From Patescibacteria group bacterium (GTDB lineage Bacteria; Patescibacteriota; Patescibacteriia; UBA10025; JAHIVO01), in the NCBI GenBank assembly GCA_041660605.1, contig JBAZWB010000002.1:170408-234407 (forward strand): a DNA stretch of 64,000 bases. Reading direction: 5' to 3'. This document shows positions 47,058 to 55,800 of this stretch, one piece after another (within the stretch, counting starts at the first letter, position 1; every line of letters begins with the position of its first letter). The notes under the pieces were generated by a model. That model saw nothing but the letters and a program-made list of their open reading frames with translations, was not told the DNA's origin and ran no database searches. Position numbers and translations under genes: made by a program.

Positions 47058-48587
47058 TTACTCCATCTGCGGCCGGTACTGCAGGCTTTCGGCTAAATGC
47101 GCGGTGGTAATTTCTTCTTCGCCGGCCAAATCAGCGATGGTGCGGGCTACTTTTAAAACGCGGTGATAGGCACGGGCGGATAAATAAAACTGGTTGACTG
47201 CTTTCTTGAGAAATTCCCTTGACGGAGGAGACAGCCGGCAGTTATTATCGATTTCACGTATGCCCATTTCCGCGTTGGCAACGATGGATGTCGAGAAAAA
47301 TCTTTTCGACTGGCGTTGGCGGGCTGAAGCTACTCTCTGCCTGATCGCCCTGGAAGTCTCCCCGCCGGCTGCAGCGGAAATTTTTTCGTATTCCAGGCGC
47401 GGCACTACGATATGGATATCAATCCTGTCCAGTAATGGCCCGGAAATCTTTTTTTGATATCTGATAATTTGGTGAGGGGAGCAAGTACAGGCCTGCCGCT
47501 GGTCATTCAAGTAACCGCAGGGGCAGGGATTGCGCGCCGCTACCAGAGTGAACCGGGCGGGGAATTCTACCGACCCAGCGGCCCGGGAAACCGTCACCAC
47601 GCCGTCTTCCAGAGGCTGGCGCAAGCTCTCCAGCGCCAGACGCGAGAATTCGGAAAATTCATCCAGAAAAAGAACTCCGCGGTGGGCCAGGGAAATTTCC
47701 CCGGGTTTAGGAAAACTGCCGCCGCCTACCAGCGCTACCGACGAGATGGTATGGTGCGGCGAGCGGAAAGGCCTGGTCCTGACCATCGGCTCTCGCGCCG
47801 ACAATCTGCCCGAAACAGAATAAATTTTGGTTACTTCCAGAGATTCGTCAAAAGTCATTGAGGGCAAAATTGTCGGCATCGTCCGGGCTAATAATGTTTT
47901 GCCGGAACCCGGCGGTCCGGTCATCAGGACGTTATGCCCTCCGGCGGCGGCTATCTCCAGCGCCCTTTTGGCCTGTTCCTGGCCGCGGATGCTGGACATA
48001 TCACTCAAATTTTCAGGCTCCGGCTGCGTAGGCTCATTAATACCGACGTAACTGCCAATAACCTGCCTGCCCCTCAAATGTTCGACTAGCTGCTCCAGTT
48101 CATCAACCGGAAAAATCTTGATTCCTTTTACCAGTGATGCTTCTTTGGCATTCTTGGCTGCCAAGTAAAGTTCCTCGATCCCATTTTTCTTGGCAGCCAT
48201 GGCAATCGGCAAAACGCCGCTGACCGGACGCAGCCGGCCGTGCAGCGAGAGCTCCCCGATAAATAATTTTTTGTGGATTTTGTCCGGAGAACGCAGCTCT
48301 CCGCGTGCCATTAAAATCGCCACAGCAATCGGCAGATCAAATCGCGGCCCTTCTTTTTTTAGGTCAGCCGGCGCTAAATTTATGGTTACTGCCCCCGGCG
48401 GAAAATCAAAACCGCTGTTTTTAATGCCAGAGCGCACTCTTTCTTTCGCTTCCTGCACGGCTATATCCGGCAGGCCTACGATATTGAAGCGGACAAGCCC
48501 TCGGGAAGTGTCGGCTTCAACCTCCACTAGCCTGGCGTCCAAACCAACGACCGTGGCGGAATATACTTTGGCGGGTTTTTTAAACAT
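47058..48587 (-). CDS. comM: YifB/ComM family Mg-chelatase-like AAA+ ATPase
   Basis: The N-terminus is typical (VVGLDARLVEVEADTSRGL..FNIVGLPDIAVQEAKERVRSG). The Walker A motif is GPPGSGKT. The Mg-chelatase ChlI-like core and C-terminal domain are present. Confidence 0.85.
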   Translation of the reverse strand: MFKKPAKVYSATVVGLDARLVEVEADTSRGLVRFNIVGLPDIAVQEAKERVRSGIKNSGFDFPPGAVTINLAPADLKKEGPRFDLPIAVAILMARGELRSPDKIHKKLFIGELSLHGRLRPVSGVLPIAMAAKKNGIEELYLAAKNAKEASLVKGIKIFPVDELEQLVEHLRGRQVIGSYVGINEPTQPEPENLSDMSSIRGQEQAKRALEIAAAGGHNVLMTGPPGSGKTLLARTMPTILPSMTFDESLEVTKIYSVSGRLSAREPMVRTRPFRSPHHTISSVALVGGGSFPKPGEISLAHRGVLFLDEFSEFSRLALESLRQPLEDGVVTVSRAAGSVEFPARFTLVAARNPCPCGYLNDQRQACTCSPHQIIRYQKKISGPLLDRIDIHIVVPRLEYEKISAAAGGETSRAIRQRVASARQRQSKRFFSTSIVANAEMGIREIDNNCRLSPPSREFLKKAVNQFYLSARAYHRVLKVARTIADLAGEEEITTAHLAESLQYRPQME

Positions 48588-48717
48588 AAGACAAAAACTT
48601 TCCCTAAAATAAATTTGGGGAAAGTCTTTGATTAATTCACTCGCCTATAGATTATACCTGCTAAAAATTTTTGTCAAGCAGGTGGAAATTATTAAACATA
48701 TATATACAGCCGGGCAT

Positions 48718-48746
48718 TTGACCATTTTATTAACTCGTGATAGTAT
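48718..48746 (+). promoter_or_regulatory. candidate promoter TTGACC-17 nt-TAGTAT driving the ORF-less unit 48753-49098
   Basis: Hexamers and 17-nt spacer read from the sequence. Downstream there is no ORF of 30 codons or more on the + strand until a U-tract terminator. Confidence 0.35.
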
Positions 48747-48752
48747 GGAAAT

Positions 48753-49098
48753 CCGCTCATTAATTTGTATATAAAGGGAGGCTTGGGGAATTGCCAGGAT
48801 CTGCGCTCCGGCCATTCTGGACAGCATGTCCACTGTCTACGGTATTGGCGATGGTAAAAACGCTGCCTGTTTGCTACATCATTCCCGCGTTTTCGCGACA
48901 ATAGCCCTGCAGGCCGAACAGACACGTTTTTGGTGCCAATCATCTCATGTTTTCTAAGAGATGCCGATGAACTAAGAATTGGCATTTTGCGCGCCGAACA
49001 GGACGCAACCAAAAACGGACTAGCAGTCATCTGTGCTATTCTACTGAGCCTCCCATGTGGATACGAGCCTTGGGTCAACCGACTTGAGGCTTTTTTTA
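48753..49098 (+). ncRNA. candidate ~345-nt non-coding RNA or long structured leader (unclassified). It is bounded by a promoter-like element and an intrinsic terminator
   Basis: GC content is locally higher than the surrounding intergenic DNA. The longest + strand ORFs are under 30 codons. A 3' hairpin AGCCUUG-11 nt-CUUGAGGCU followed by UUUUUUU lies at 49065-49098. The only ORF of 60 codons or more (48692-49159, minus strand) has no RBS or motif. Confidence 0.3.
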
Positions 49099-49198
49099 TT
49101 TGACAATAAAAAAATTCTAGCACAAAATAAAGATGGCACCATTGGTTCGTACTTTTCAATTATTACCGCAGTTACTACTTCTTTTTTCAGGAGGAATC

Positions 49199-49480
49199 AT
49201 GCTTCCACAAAAAGCACGCCAGGAAGGCGCGCCTCCAAATTTTACCGGTGAAACCAAGGATTATTCCGCTGGTATGCTTATTGACGGTACTTACGACCTG
49301 ATCATGACCTGCGATGAATGCCACGAACAATTCGCCCTTCTCGCTAAAGACCAGGTCTACCTTGCCGGAAGAGGATTTGCAAAACCACCAAAACACTGCA
49401 AGACCTGCCACGCAGAACACAAAATGTCCAGGCAAAGAGCTTCACATCTAGACCAATTTCAAAATTCTGCCCAAGCCTAA
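49199..49480 (+). CDS. small zinc-ribbon-like protein (93 aa; CDEC...HCKTC)
   Basis: GGAGG lies 5 nt before the ATG at 49199. Two Cys pairs are present: CDECHEQF...x33...HCKTCH. Confidence 0.5.
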   Translation: MLPQKARQEGAPPNFTGETKDYSAGMLIDGTYDLIMTCDECHEQFALLAKDQVYLAGRGFAKPPKHCKTCHAEHKMSRQRASHLDQFQNSAQA

Positions 49481-49592
49481 AATCAGCTGAATAGTCAGCT
49501 ATTTCCCACAGATACGCCCTACCGAGCAAAACAACAAAAGATACCATTCCCAAACGAGCTTTTTCACACAACCAAAGTGCCAATCAATATCA

Positions 49593-49632
49593 AAAGCCGC
49601 ATTTACACTGATCATCAGGAATCTGCGGCTTT
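49593..49632. terminator. bidirectional hairpin (AAGCCGCA-22 nt-TGCGGCTT) between the convergent small-protein gene and the pseudouridine synthase gene
   Basis: An 8-bp perfect stem followed by UUUAUUUUAAU on the + strand. It overlaps the stop codon of the minus-strand gene. Confidence 0.35.
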
Positions 49633-50434
49633 ATTTTAATACTTCACTGCGGCTGATTATTTTAAAACCGCCAGACGGCAATCCGCCCAGCCGGTAATTA
49701 CCCTCGCTGACTCTGGTCAGGGAAACGATGTTTGCATTGACGGAGCCAAACATTCTCCTGATCTGCCTTTTCCAGCCTTGGTGCAAAGTAATAGTATAAA
49801 TATTTCCGCCGGATTTCTGCAGGGTATCGGCTTTGGCCAGGCCTTCTTCAAGTTCAACGCCATTTTTTAATTTTTGAATTGTTTCCGCACTCAGCGGCCG
49901 GCTGGTTCTGGCTTCGTATCTTTTCTCCTGTTCAAACTTCGGATGCGTCAGGCGATAAATCAAATCACCGTCGTCGGATAAAATTAAAAGCCCCTCAGAA
50001 TCTTTGTCCAGACGGCCGGCAATTTTCAGGTGGCGGAATTTTTCCGGCAATAAATCGAATATTGATTTTTCATTGTCATAATGCGCGTGCGTGCAGACAT
50101 AACCGCGCGGTTTATGAAAGGCCAGGTAAATAAAATTATCTTTAACCTGGCACAACTGCCCGTCAATAAAAACCCGGTCTTTCTCCGGATCAACCTCCAT
50201 GCCCAGCTGACGGACAATGGAATTATTAACCCGCACGCGGCCATGCTGGATTAGCTCATCGGCTTTTCGCCGCGAAGCCTGTCCGGAAAGCGAGATATAT
50301 TTATTTATTCTCATGACTACAGTATAACAAAAAAAGGACAATCGGTAAGGACTGCCCTTCATTGACGAAAAAACATTGATCGAAGAATTATTCAGAGAAT
50401 TGGAACAGGAATCCCCTGTCCCGTAGCTTGCCAA
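49631..50434 (-). CDS. rRNA pseudouridine synthase, RsuA/RluB family (S4 domain plus catalytic domain). The likely true start is Met42 at ~50313
   Basis: The S4-like N-terminus is MRINKYISLSGQASRRKADELIQHGRVRVN. The catalytic Asp motif is AGRLDKDSEGLLILSDDG. Confidence 0.8.
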   Translation of the reverse strand: MASYGTGDSCSNSLNNSSINVFSSMKGSPYRLSFFCYTVVMRINKYISLSGQASRRKADELIQHGRVRVNNSIVRQLGMEVDPEKDRVFIDGQLCQVKDNFIYLAFHKPRGYVCTHAHYDNEKSIFDLLPEKFRHLKIAGRLDKDSEGLLILSDDGDLIYRLTHPKFEQEKRYEARTSRPLSAETIQKLKNGVELEEGLAKADTLQKSGGNIYTITLHQGWKRQIRRMFGSVNANIVSLTRVSEGNYRLGGLPSGGFKIISRSEVLK

Positions 50435-50918
50435 TCCATTCGGTGACCAGCGTGCTAAGTCCGCTTCTGATTAAATCGTATTTAGAAGAAGCGAGTTCCG
50501 CATGATCTAAAAGGTTAGCGCAATAAAGAAGAAGATGATTGCTCCCGGGTATGCAGAGTTTCCCCTTATAGGTCGCAAGACACTGGGTTTCGGCGAATGC
50601 TCCTTTCTTATACGGAGTTTTGCCCGTAAGAGACTGCTCGACATAGCCGGTAAGTTCTTCTTTTGATCCCTTTTTGCTAGTCAGAAAAGTCTGCGCATAC
50701 AATTCACAACATACGAAGTCGCTGTCTGACCGCATCTGATACGAAGCGCGAATTGCAGTGACATGCACTCCATCAGTAGTGTGCAGTACGAGAACTTCTA
50801 CGCGATCGAGATTTGCAGAAGTAGACAATTGGCTCTGCGACCGAACGATGACGTTCCCATCGACTTCCATTACGTACTTGAGCAGCTTGTCTAGATCGCT
50901 ATTTACTTGAGCTTTCAT
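50388..50918 (-). CDS. hypothetical protein (176 aa). GC content is locally higher than in neighbouring genes
   Basis: ORF only. No motif recognised. Confidence 0.4.
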   Translation of the reverse strand: MKAQVNSDLDKLLKYVMEVDGNVIVRSQSQLSTSANLDRVEVLVLHTTDGVHVTAIRASYQMRSDSDFVCCELYAQTFLTSKKGSKEELTGYVEQSLTGKTPYKKGAFAETQCLATYKGKLCIPGSNHLLLYCANLLDHAELASSKYDLIRSGLSTLVTEWIGKLRDRGFLFQFSE

Positions 50919-51099
50919 GGTACCTCCTTATCAGCTCAAATGTTTCACATTTTAAGCAATTAGTGACAATGATCGAATGTCTAAAATTAACACAGGCCAT
51001 TAACGCTGTCAATGGCTTGTATACCAAACTGTCCCAGTACCGTTGCGCTCATACTCAATAAAGCTGTGGGTAGTGTAATTTATTTATTTATTTTCCTAG

Positions 51100-52362
51100 C
51101 TATAATTTTACGACAATAGCTGCCATATCATCATACTGTTTCAACCGGGGATATTTCCAGCACTCAGGATCTGATTTTTCCAGATCACGTATTGTCTGCC
51201 TTACCATATTTAATCCCCCTTGGCGGAACAATTCCACCATTTCAAAAAAATCTTCAGACTCTTCGGGATCTTCTTTTGGTATTAAAAAGCCGTCGGTAAA
51301 AAGAATAATATTTTTTACGCCTTTAACGCTTATTTCCCCTTTTTGGATGAAGCTTATCGCTCGATTATCGCCATTCAGAGCGCCATATTTGATATTAGTC
51401 TCCATCCTGACCTTCCTGTTTTGCTCCCGTAAATGCTGGCGAATATTCTTAGTCTTTTTTTGGGCAAGCGCTTTCCACATTTTTAACGTTTCCAGATCAT
51501 GGTTATGGTATTCACCCAGCAATTTGACAGAACCGTCCTGATTCAAAACCAGCAAATTACAATCTCCAATCTTTATCCATTCTGCGGTTTCGTCTTTAAT
51601 GCGCACTGCTACCAGCGAGGCGCTCCAGCGATTTACAGTGTTTGAAACATCAATATTATTTTTAATCATTGCTTCGGCTATAGCCGTATTGGCATTGGTT
51701 ACGGTTTCTATCAATGTTCCCTGGCCACCGGTAATTTTTTCTCTAACTACGGAAGCGGCTAAATAACCACCCGTCTTGCCCGAACTATCATGGTAGCCAT
51801 TCAGGCTAGAAGCGCCGTCAATTACGCAGAATAAATTTTCTTTCACTACCAGCCTGTCCTCATTCATTTCACCCGATCCCTTTTCTGAAACGCAGCTGCT
51901 CTGAAATTGCTGGCTCTTATAAATCTTTAAAATCAGCCAGATACCGCCGGCTAAAATAAAAATATCAGCTAGATTAAAGACCGGCCAAGAGGTTAAGACT
52001 ATCATGTCAACCACATACCCGTGCTGCAGACGGTCTAATAAATTTGAAAAAGCTCCGATGATTATCAAACTAATAGATAAAACGACCATCAATTCCTTTT
52101 TTTGTACGGCTTTGATTAATATTATAAACAAAACCAGTAAAATAAAAGTTACGACGGCTATCAAAACCGGACTGGGTATAGGGACGCTATACGCAATTCC
52201 CTGGTTTCGCTCCAAAACAAATCCGGTTACTTTTGGAATTAAAAAAACGCCCTCACGCGGCAGATTATTCAAGGCCAGCCATTTGGTCAACCGGTCAATT
52301 AAAAACAAACCAGCTATCAAAAGCGGTAGCCACCAATAGATCTTATTTTTTAATTTATCCAT
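51100..52362 (-). CDS. lspA: fusion protein: N-terminal lipoprotein signal peptidase (signal peptidase II, LspA) plus a C-terminal PP2C-family Ser/Thr phosphatase domain (420 aa)
   Basis: The LspA part covers aa 1-150. It has four TM helices and the conserved segments RNQGIAYS and VVDMI...FNLADIFILAG. The PP2C part covers aa ~165-420, with the motifs NEDR, VIDGASS, GDCNLLVL, LFTDGF and the terminal DDMAAIVVKL. Confidence 0.75.
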   Translation of the reverse strand: MDKLKNKIYWWLPLLIAGLFLIDRLTKWLALNNLPREGVFLIPKVTGFVLERNQGIAYSVPIPSPVLIAVVTFILLVLFIILIKAVQKKELMVVLSISLIIIGAFSNLLDRLQHGYVVDMIVLTSWPVFNLADIFILAGGIWLILKIYKSQQFQSSCVSEKGSGEMNEDRLVVKENLFCVIDGASSLNGYHDSSGKTGGYLAASVVREKITGGQGTLIETVTNANTAIAEAMIKNNIDVSNTVNRWSASLVAVRIKDETAEWIKIGDCNLLVLNQDGSVKLLGEYHNHDLETLKMWKALAQKKTKNIRQHLREQNRKVRMETNIKYGALNGDNRAISFIQKGEISVKGVKNIILFTDGFLIPKEDPEESEDFFEMVELFRQGGLNMVRQTIRDLEKSDPECWKYPRLKQYDDMAAIVVKL

Positions 52363-52371
52363 AGAAAATGT

Positions 52372-52728
52372 CTAGATGCCGTGGCACTTCAGGCAATGCC
52401 TGGCTTCTGGATTTGCCAATAAGCGCTCAGCATTTATTTCGTTTCCGCATTTCTCGCAAAGGCCGTATTTGCCTTTTTCAATCTTCTGAAGCGCTATCTC
52501 AATTTTCTCCAGGTTAGTCTCCAGGTTTCTTTCCAGCGAAATATTATCCTGGTACTGCGCGACCTCAACGGCGCTGTCTTCTTCCTTATCGCCCATTTCT
52601 TCCCATTTAGCTTGAACCCGATCTTTATCAAATGTCTTTTCTTTAGTCATCTCCTCAAGCTGGGCAACCAGCTGCTGCTTTCTCTCGAGAAGTTTGCCTT
52701 TTACTTGCTCTACGATCTCTTTTTCCAT
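52372..52728 (-). CDS. DksA/TraR-family C4 zinc-finger protein (118 aa)
   Basis: An N-terminal coiled coil plus CEKCGNEINAERLLANPEARHCLKC, which is the four-Cys signature of the family. Confidence 0.7.
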   Translation of the reverse strand: MEKEIVEQVKGKLLERKQQLVAQLEEMTKEKTFDKDRVQAKWEEMGDKEEDSAVEVAQYQDNISLERNLETNLEKIEIALQKIEKGKYGLCEKCGNEINAERLLANPEARHCLKCHGI

Positions 52729-52865
52729 AAAACTGGCTTAATAATTAAGGCATTAACAAATGCTGATAGCATTATATACTAAACAATTATTAGAGGCAAA
52801 TACCATCCCCCTCGCCCGAAATCGGACGAGGGGGATGTATTAAAATTCGCTAATAACTGTGGTTT

Positions 52866-55800
52866 TTACAGGGCTGGCATGCTACCAATATTGATGCCGC
52901 CGCGGAATCCCGTGTGGTGGGTAAAGAACTGGGCAATAACCTCACCGGCGTAGTTGAAGGCACGCACGTGCGGGCCCATACCTTTGCCAGGAGCAGTGAT
53001 AATGTCACTCGTGCCATCCTGGTTCAAATCCGCCAGTAATGAAGTGAAATTGCCGCGTAAGCTCTTTGAGTAGGCGAAGAACTGGGAAACCACCTCACCC
53101 TGGGTATTAAATACCCGGATGTGCGGACCAGCACCGCTTTCCGGTGAAGCGACAATCTCGTTCTCACCGTCACCGCTGACATCGCCAACTGAAACGTTCA
53201 GGCCGCCGCGGAAAGTCGTAGCATAGGCAAAGAACCGGCCTACCAGCGTGCCGTTGCCGTTAAACATAGCCACCTGCGGACCCAGTCCCGGGCCAGGCGT
53301 AACTATGACGTCTGCCGTCCCGTCTGCGTCAATGTCGCCGGTTGTTACATGGTAGCCTCCGCGAATCGAACTGGCATAAGCCATGAATTGTGAAACAACA
53401 GTGCCGTCATGGTCAAACACCCGGACTTGCGGGCCGCCGGCTGAAGCCGGTACCACGATGATCTCATTCACGCCATCGCCATCAACATCGCCGGTAGTCA
53501 AATTAACACCACCGCGGAAAGTAGTCGGGAAGGCGAAGAATTGCGATTCTACTTCTCCCTGGCCATTGAATATCCTGATCTGCGGACCAACGCCCGGCAT
53601 GGTAGTAACGATTATTTCATCTGTGCCGTCGCCATCAACATCGCTGACAGCTAAATTCAGGCCAGCGCGGATGTTTGTCGGGAAGGCGAAGAATTGGCCG
53701 ATGACCTGGCCGTGCATATTGAATATCCTGATCTGCGGACCAGCACCGGCTCCTGGCGCCACCACTATTTCATTTTCACCATCGCCATTAACATCACCGA
53801 CTACCGCCTGGATGCCCATGCGCAGGCTGGACGAATAAGCGAAGAAATTCACGAGCATGTTACCGTCGCCATCCCAGACAGTAACCTGCGGACCGCCGCC
53901 GCTGACCGGCGTAGCAATCACGTCAGCCGGACCGCCAGCAGAGGCTGAAGCGCCAAAGGTAGCTCCGGTGGTTAAAGCAAACTGGGTAAAGTGATCAACC
54001 TGCAAACATGCCTGACTATCGGTAACCACGGCTGTATCGGGAACCTGCCAGGCACCGGCGGTAGAATTCCAATATTTCGGGAAAACATCTTCAGCAGTCA
54101 AACCGACTACCCCCAGATATTCCTCCGGCAAAGGCATGCAAATCTGCACGCTAGAATCAAATTGCTCAACCAATTCAGTGTTAGAATCACTCTGTTTTGT
54201 TACTTCTAAATCCCAGGCAAAAGTCAAAGGCTTATCCGAATCAGTAAACATTAAATCGGTAGCCGGAGTAGCCCGGAAAGTATAGGTACTGTCATCAGAA
54301 CCAGCGGCATTAGCCGGCATCATTATGGTCGTACCGTCAGGCAGAGTAAAATTATTCTGTTGTGTGGCGGTGAATGTCTGGCTGAATGACTCTGGTATAT
54401 TAAATAATGCCTGTTTCATGACAAACGATTTGGATTTATCGTCGCCGGTTACTACTGATATCTGCTGCTCTTCTGACCGATAAAATTTATTCGTATCTGG
54501 GTTATATGTATCGCAGCCAATCCACCAGGAACCGGTAGTCAGCGGAATGCGCGCGTTGCCGCCCATCATTTCGCGACCGGAATTCCCGCCCTCCGGATTC
54601 CAGGCATGACAAAAGCCCATATTAGGCACGGTGCCGTCTTCTAATGTGCCTGAAGCCGTAACATATGCATCAGCATTGCGGTACTTCATCACAATCCCGG
54701 TAGCGGGAGTACCAGAGGTAACCGTAATCTCAACTCCTTCAGGCGACATATAGTCGGACTCAAATTCCGGGGGCAAACCTGAATTGAGCATGTATGTTCC
54801 GGACACTAGGTTTAACCTGAATGTACCGTCGCCCCTTGATTCTGTTCCGCTGCGTAAAACCTTTCCGCCCGCAAAATCGCCTTTCATCTTGCCTTCCATC
54901 TGCTTATAATTATCTGCGTTGATCCAGACATGCGGCATCGGGTTGCCACTGGGGTCCTGAACTACTCCTTCGACATAAGTATCAGCCCTGTATATTGTTA
55001 CAATTTTTACAACTTCAGTACTGGCTGGCACTGTCACCGCTTCTGAGGGCTCCGGCTGCGTAGCCACAAATTGGGAATTGCCCTCTTGGGCGCCAAAAAT
55101 ATTGATTTGGACAACAAAGGCATCATTAGTGCCTCCCAATAAGCTGATCCGGTAACTGCCGTCATCATTTATAATGCCCGGATGATATTGCATGTTGCCA
55201 CCCATACCAACAGCCGCTGCTTCAGCCTGTCCGGCCAATCCGGTAACAATATTTCCGTTCTGGTCTTTTACCCAGCCTATAATCGCTGAATCATTGTCTA
55301 CTAATGTTAACTTAATATCCTTGGTTTCTCCCTTGCCAACAGTTAATTCAACTTCATCAAGCAAAGAACGGTTTCCTTCTGGCGGCATATTCATACCGCA
55401 GACAAAATCGTATCCGCCTAATAAAGGAATGCTAGCTGAACCTCTGTCAACACCCGCGCCGAATTCCGATCCTGGGCCAAAACCGCCGCCTGATTTGCGG
55501 CAATATGCCCAGCCATAAGTATCGGTAACGGCATTGCCATTATTATCTACAATTTTTACGTTAACGCGTGCATCGGCTAGCTGGACGTTAATGACAATCC
55601 CGGTTACTGTTTGACCTTCTGTGACTAAAATCGAATCTGACTTTTGATTAGCGGAAATATAGTTACCACCTTCATTTCTGCCCTGGTCAAGCTGCAACTG
55701 CCAATCGCCTGCCTGAACATACATGGTAAAAGTACCATCCGCTTCGGTCTGTACATTACCCCAGCCTTGTCCGTTTCTCACCCAACCGTTAAGCCAGACA

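Noticed and set aside
48753-49098. Assigning the candidate ncRNA to RNase P RNA, a TPP riboswitch or a fluoride riboswitch
   Set aside because: Only fragmentary resemblances (CCACUG, GGCGAUGG, CUGAGC) were found. The universally conserved P4 GGAAAGUCCGG core and the riboswitch core helices are not present.
48692-49159. 155-codon minus-strand ORF in the comM downstream intergenic region
   Set aside because: It has no RBS and a low-complexity, Cys/Trp-odd composition. It also overlaps a promoter-to-terminator unit on the other strand, so it is more likely non-coding.
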